From Centroscyllium fabricii (Eukaryota), in assembly GCA_051313645.2 (NCBI GenBank), contig JBNRSN020000011.1, positions 127,224,001-127,288,000 of the forward strand: DNA of 64,000 nucleotides. Reading direction: 5' to 3'. Below, piece by piece: positions 62,314-64,000 of this stretch. The notes below the pieces were generated by a model, which searched no databases, had not been told where the DNA came from, and saw only the letters and a list, made by a program, of their open reading frames with translations. Position 1 is the first letter of the stretch. Every line of letters begins with the position of its first letter. Position numbers and translations under genes: made by a program.

Positions 62314-64000
62314 TGTAGGAAACGGCTGTTCCCCACACTTTAAAATCATTAAAACGTCGAAAGATTGCGGAGCAAGCTTTAACAGGTCTTTATTGGTTTC
62401 AATCCAAACACGACTAACTCACAAAAGGCACAAAACCGCAAAGCATCATGGGGCTTTTGACTGACAGCCTGCAGGACCAATTAGGAACCGGAACTGTTGA
62501 TCCAACCACCCAATGGGGAAACAGGGGCGGGACCAACTCTGCAATGGGGATTATAACGTCCTGGGGAGACCAGAGTGTCTCCCCTTAGTGGCTATGCTAA
62601 ACACGCCCCCCCAGAACCCTCATGAACAGGATAAGTCAACCTCCGAGGAGGCATGACGAGGCGGCCACAACGAGTGCGATAGGCTGCAGCTGCAGGGGAA
62701 GATACCGGGGATCCGCGAACATGAATGGAGGGCGGCTGCGCCACAGGAGTGGGAGGCGAGACCGGAAAGAAACCCAGAGGTGGAGCAGGAGCTGGAGCTG
62801 TATCCGGAAGTGGAACCAGCACGGGACCCGCTCGGGGCACGCTCGGGTCAGAGAAACGCTCCTGGCGCGGAGCCTGGGAAAACTGTTCAGGCGAGGCTGG
62901 GTCCAAATGGGCCGGTTTAAGCCGGTCGATGGAAACGAGGTCCTGTCGGCCTCCAACCGCGAGGAGGAAAGCCTTGTTGCCATCTTCCAGCACCCTAAAA
63001 GGGCCAGTATATGGCGCCGGTAAAGGAGTCCTATGGGCATCGTGACACACAAAAACAAATCGTGCCCGGCGGAGCTCGGTGGGTATGTGAGATGACCGGG
63101 CACCATGCCAAGAGATGGGCACTGGAAGGAAAAGATGCACGGCGTCATTGTGTCGGGCGAGCTGCTCGCTGGCTGACCAATTCTCGGTGGTGGAGGGGAG
63201 GAACTCTCCTGGAATGCGCAAAGGTTGTCCAAAAACGAGTTCGGCGGAAGACACGCAGAGGTCGTCCTTGGGCGCGGAGCGCATCCCCAGCAGGACCCAA
63301 GGGAGCCTGTCCAACCAATTGGCGTTGACTAGGCTGGCACGAAGTGAGGCTTGAGGGCGCGATGGAAACATTCGCAAATACCGTTTGCCTGTGGATGATA
63401 AGCAGTCGTGCGGTGCAACTGCGTCCCTAGACCAGTGGCGATTGCGCTCCACAGCTGGGAGGTGAACTGTGGGCCCCTGTCGGAATTTATGTCCGACGGA
63501 ACCTCAAACCGGGCCACCCATGAAAAAATAAAGGCGCATGCCACGTCGGCCGTAGTGGTGGAAGAAAGGGGTACGACCTCCGGCCACCTAGTGGTACGGT
63601 CGATGATGGTAAGGAGATGGGTGAATCCCTGTGATGGGGGCAAGGGGCCAACCAAATCAATGTGGACATGATCAAACCGCCGCTCGGGCACCGGAAAATT
63701 TTGCTGGGGAGTCTTAGTATGCTGATGGACTTTAGCACGTTGGCAGTCATGACAGGTGTTAGTCCAGTCCGTGCATCCTTGTGCAGGCCCGGCCAAACAA
63801 ATTTGGCTGACATAAGTTTCTGAGAAGCCCGCATGCCCGGGTGTGCGAGCCCATGGACCAAACCAAAAATGCGCCTGCGCCAGGAGGTGGGCACTAAGGG
63901 CCTGGGGGTGGAAACGGAAACGTCACACAAAAGAGTCGTGCCGGCTGCATGAAAATGGATGTCCACTAGGGTCAGGATGGTGGACGCAGAATGAAGAGCC
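62314..64000 (-). mobile_element. Third CsRn1-clade element: integrase and 3' LTR (62314-~62601)
   Basis: HPGMRASQKL, HIDLVGPLP, SDRGPQF, YHPQANG, YTGPF motifs; PPT TTCTGGGGGGCG on the minus strand. Confidence 0.92.

Overview
Eukaryotic DNA made almost entirely of transposable elements. It is most likely from a cartilaginous fish, inferred from Deu-domain SINEs, (ATAGAAAC)n CR1/HE1-type tails and the Penelope families. No host gene exon could be supported. Contents: (i) six copies of one Ty3/Gypsy lineage with 250-300 bp LTRs and 5-bp TSDs (A 9559-14556, E 16278-17485, B 19853-24342, G 31926-33123 minus, and chimeric C/D 50278-58481) plus solo LTRs; (ii) three CsRn1-clade Gypsy elements (CHCC gag, tRNA-Trp PBS, 4-bp TSD); (iii) an 18-kb, heavily nested retrovirus-like provirus F (18486-36890) with two RNase H domains; (iv) Penelope-like elements with minimal hammerhead ribozymes, including a 150-bp perfect hairpin carrying a ribozyme core in its loop; (v) L2, CR1-like, RTE and Rex1 LINE fragments, SINEs, MITEs and a decayed Harbinger transposon. 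The most striking signal is in the short-LTR Gypsy lineage. It has no tRNA primer-binding site. Instead, the 13-14 nt after each 5' LTR are the perfect, co-varying reverse complement of that element's own LTR poly(A)-signal segment. The same lineage also has a conserved hairpin over the PPT and a YLDN rather than YxDD RT motif. Together these suggest a tRNA-independent self-priming and/or poly(A)-masking system. Coordinates were counted by eye.
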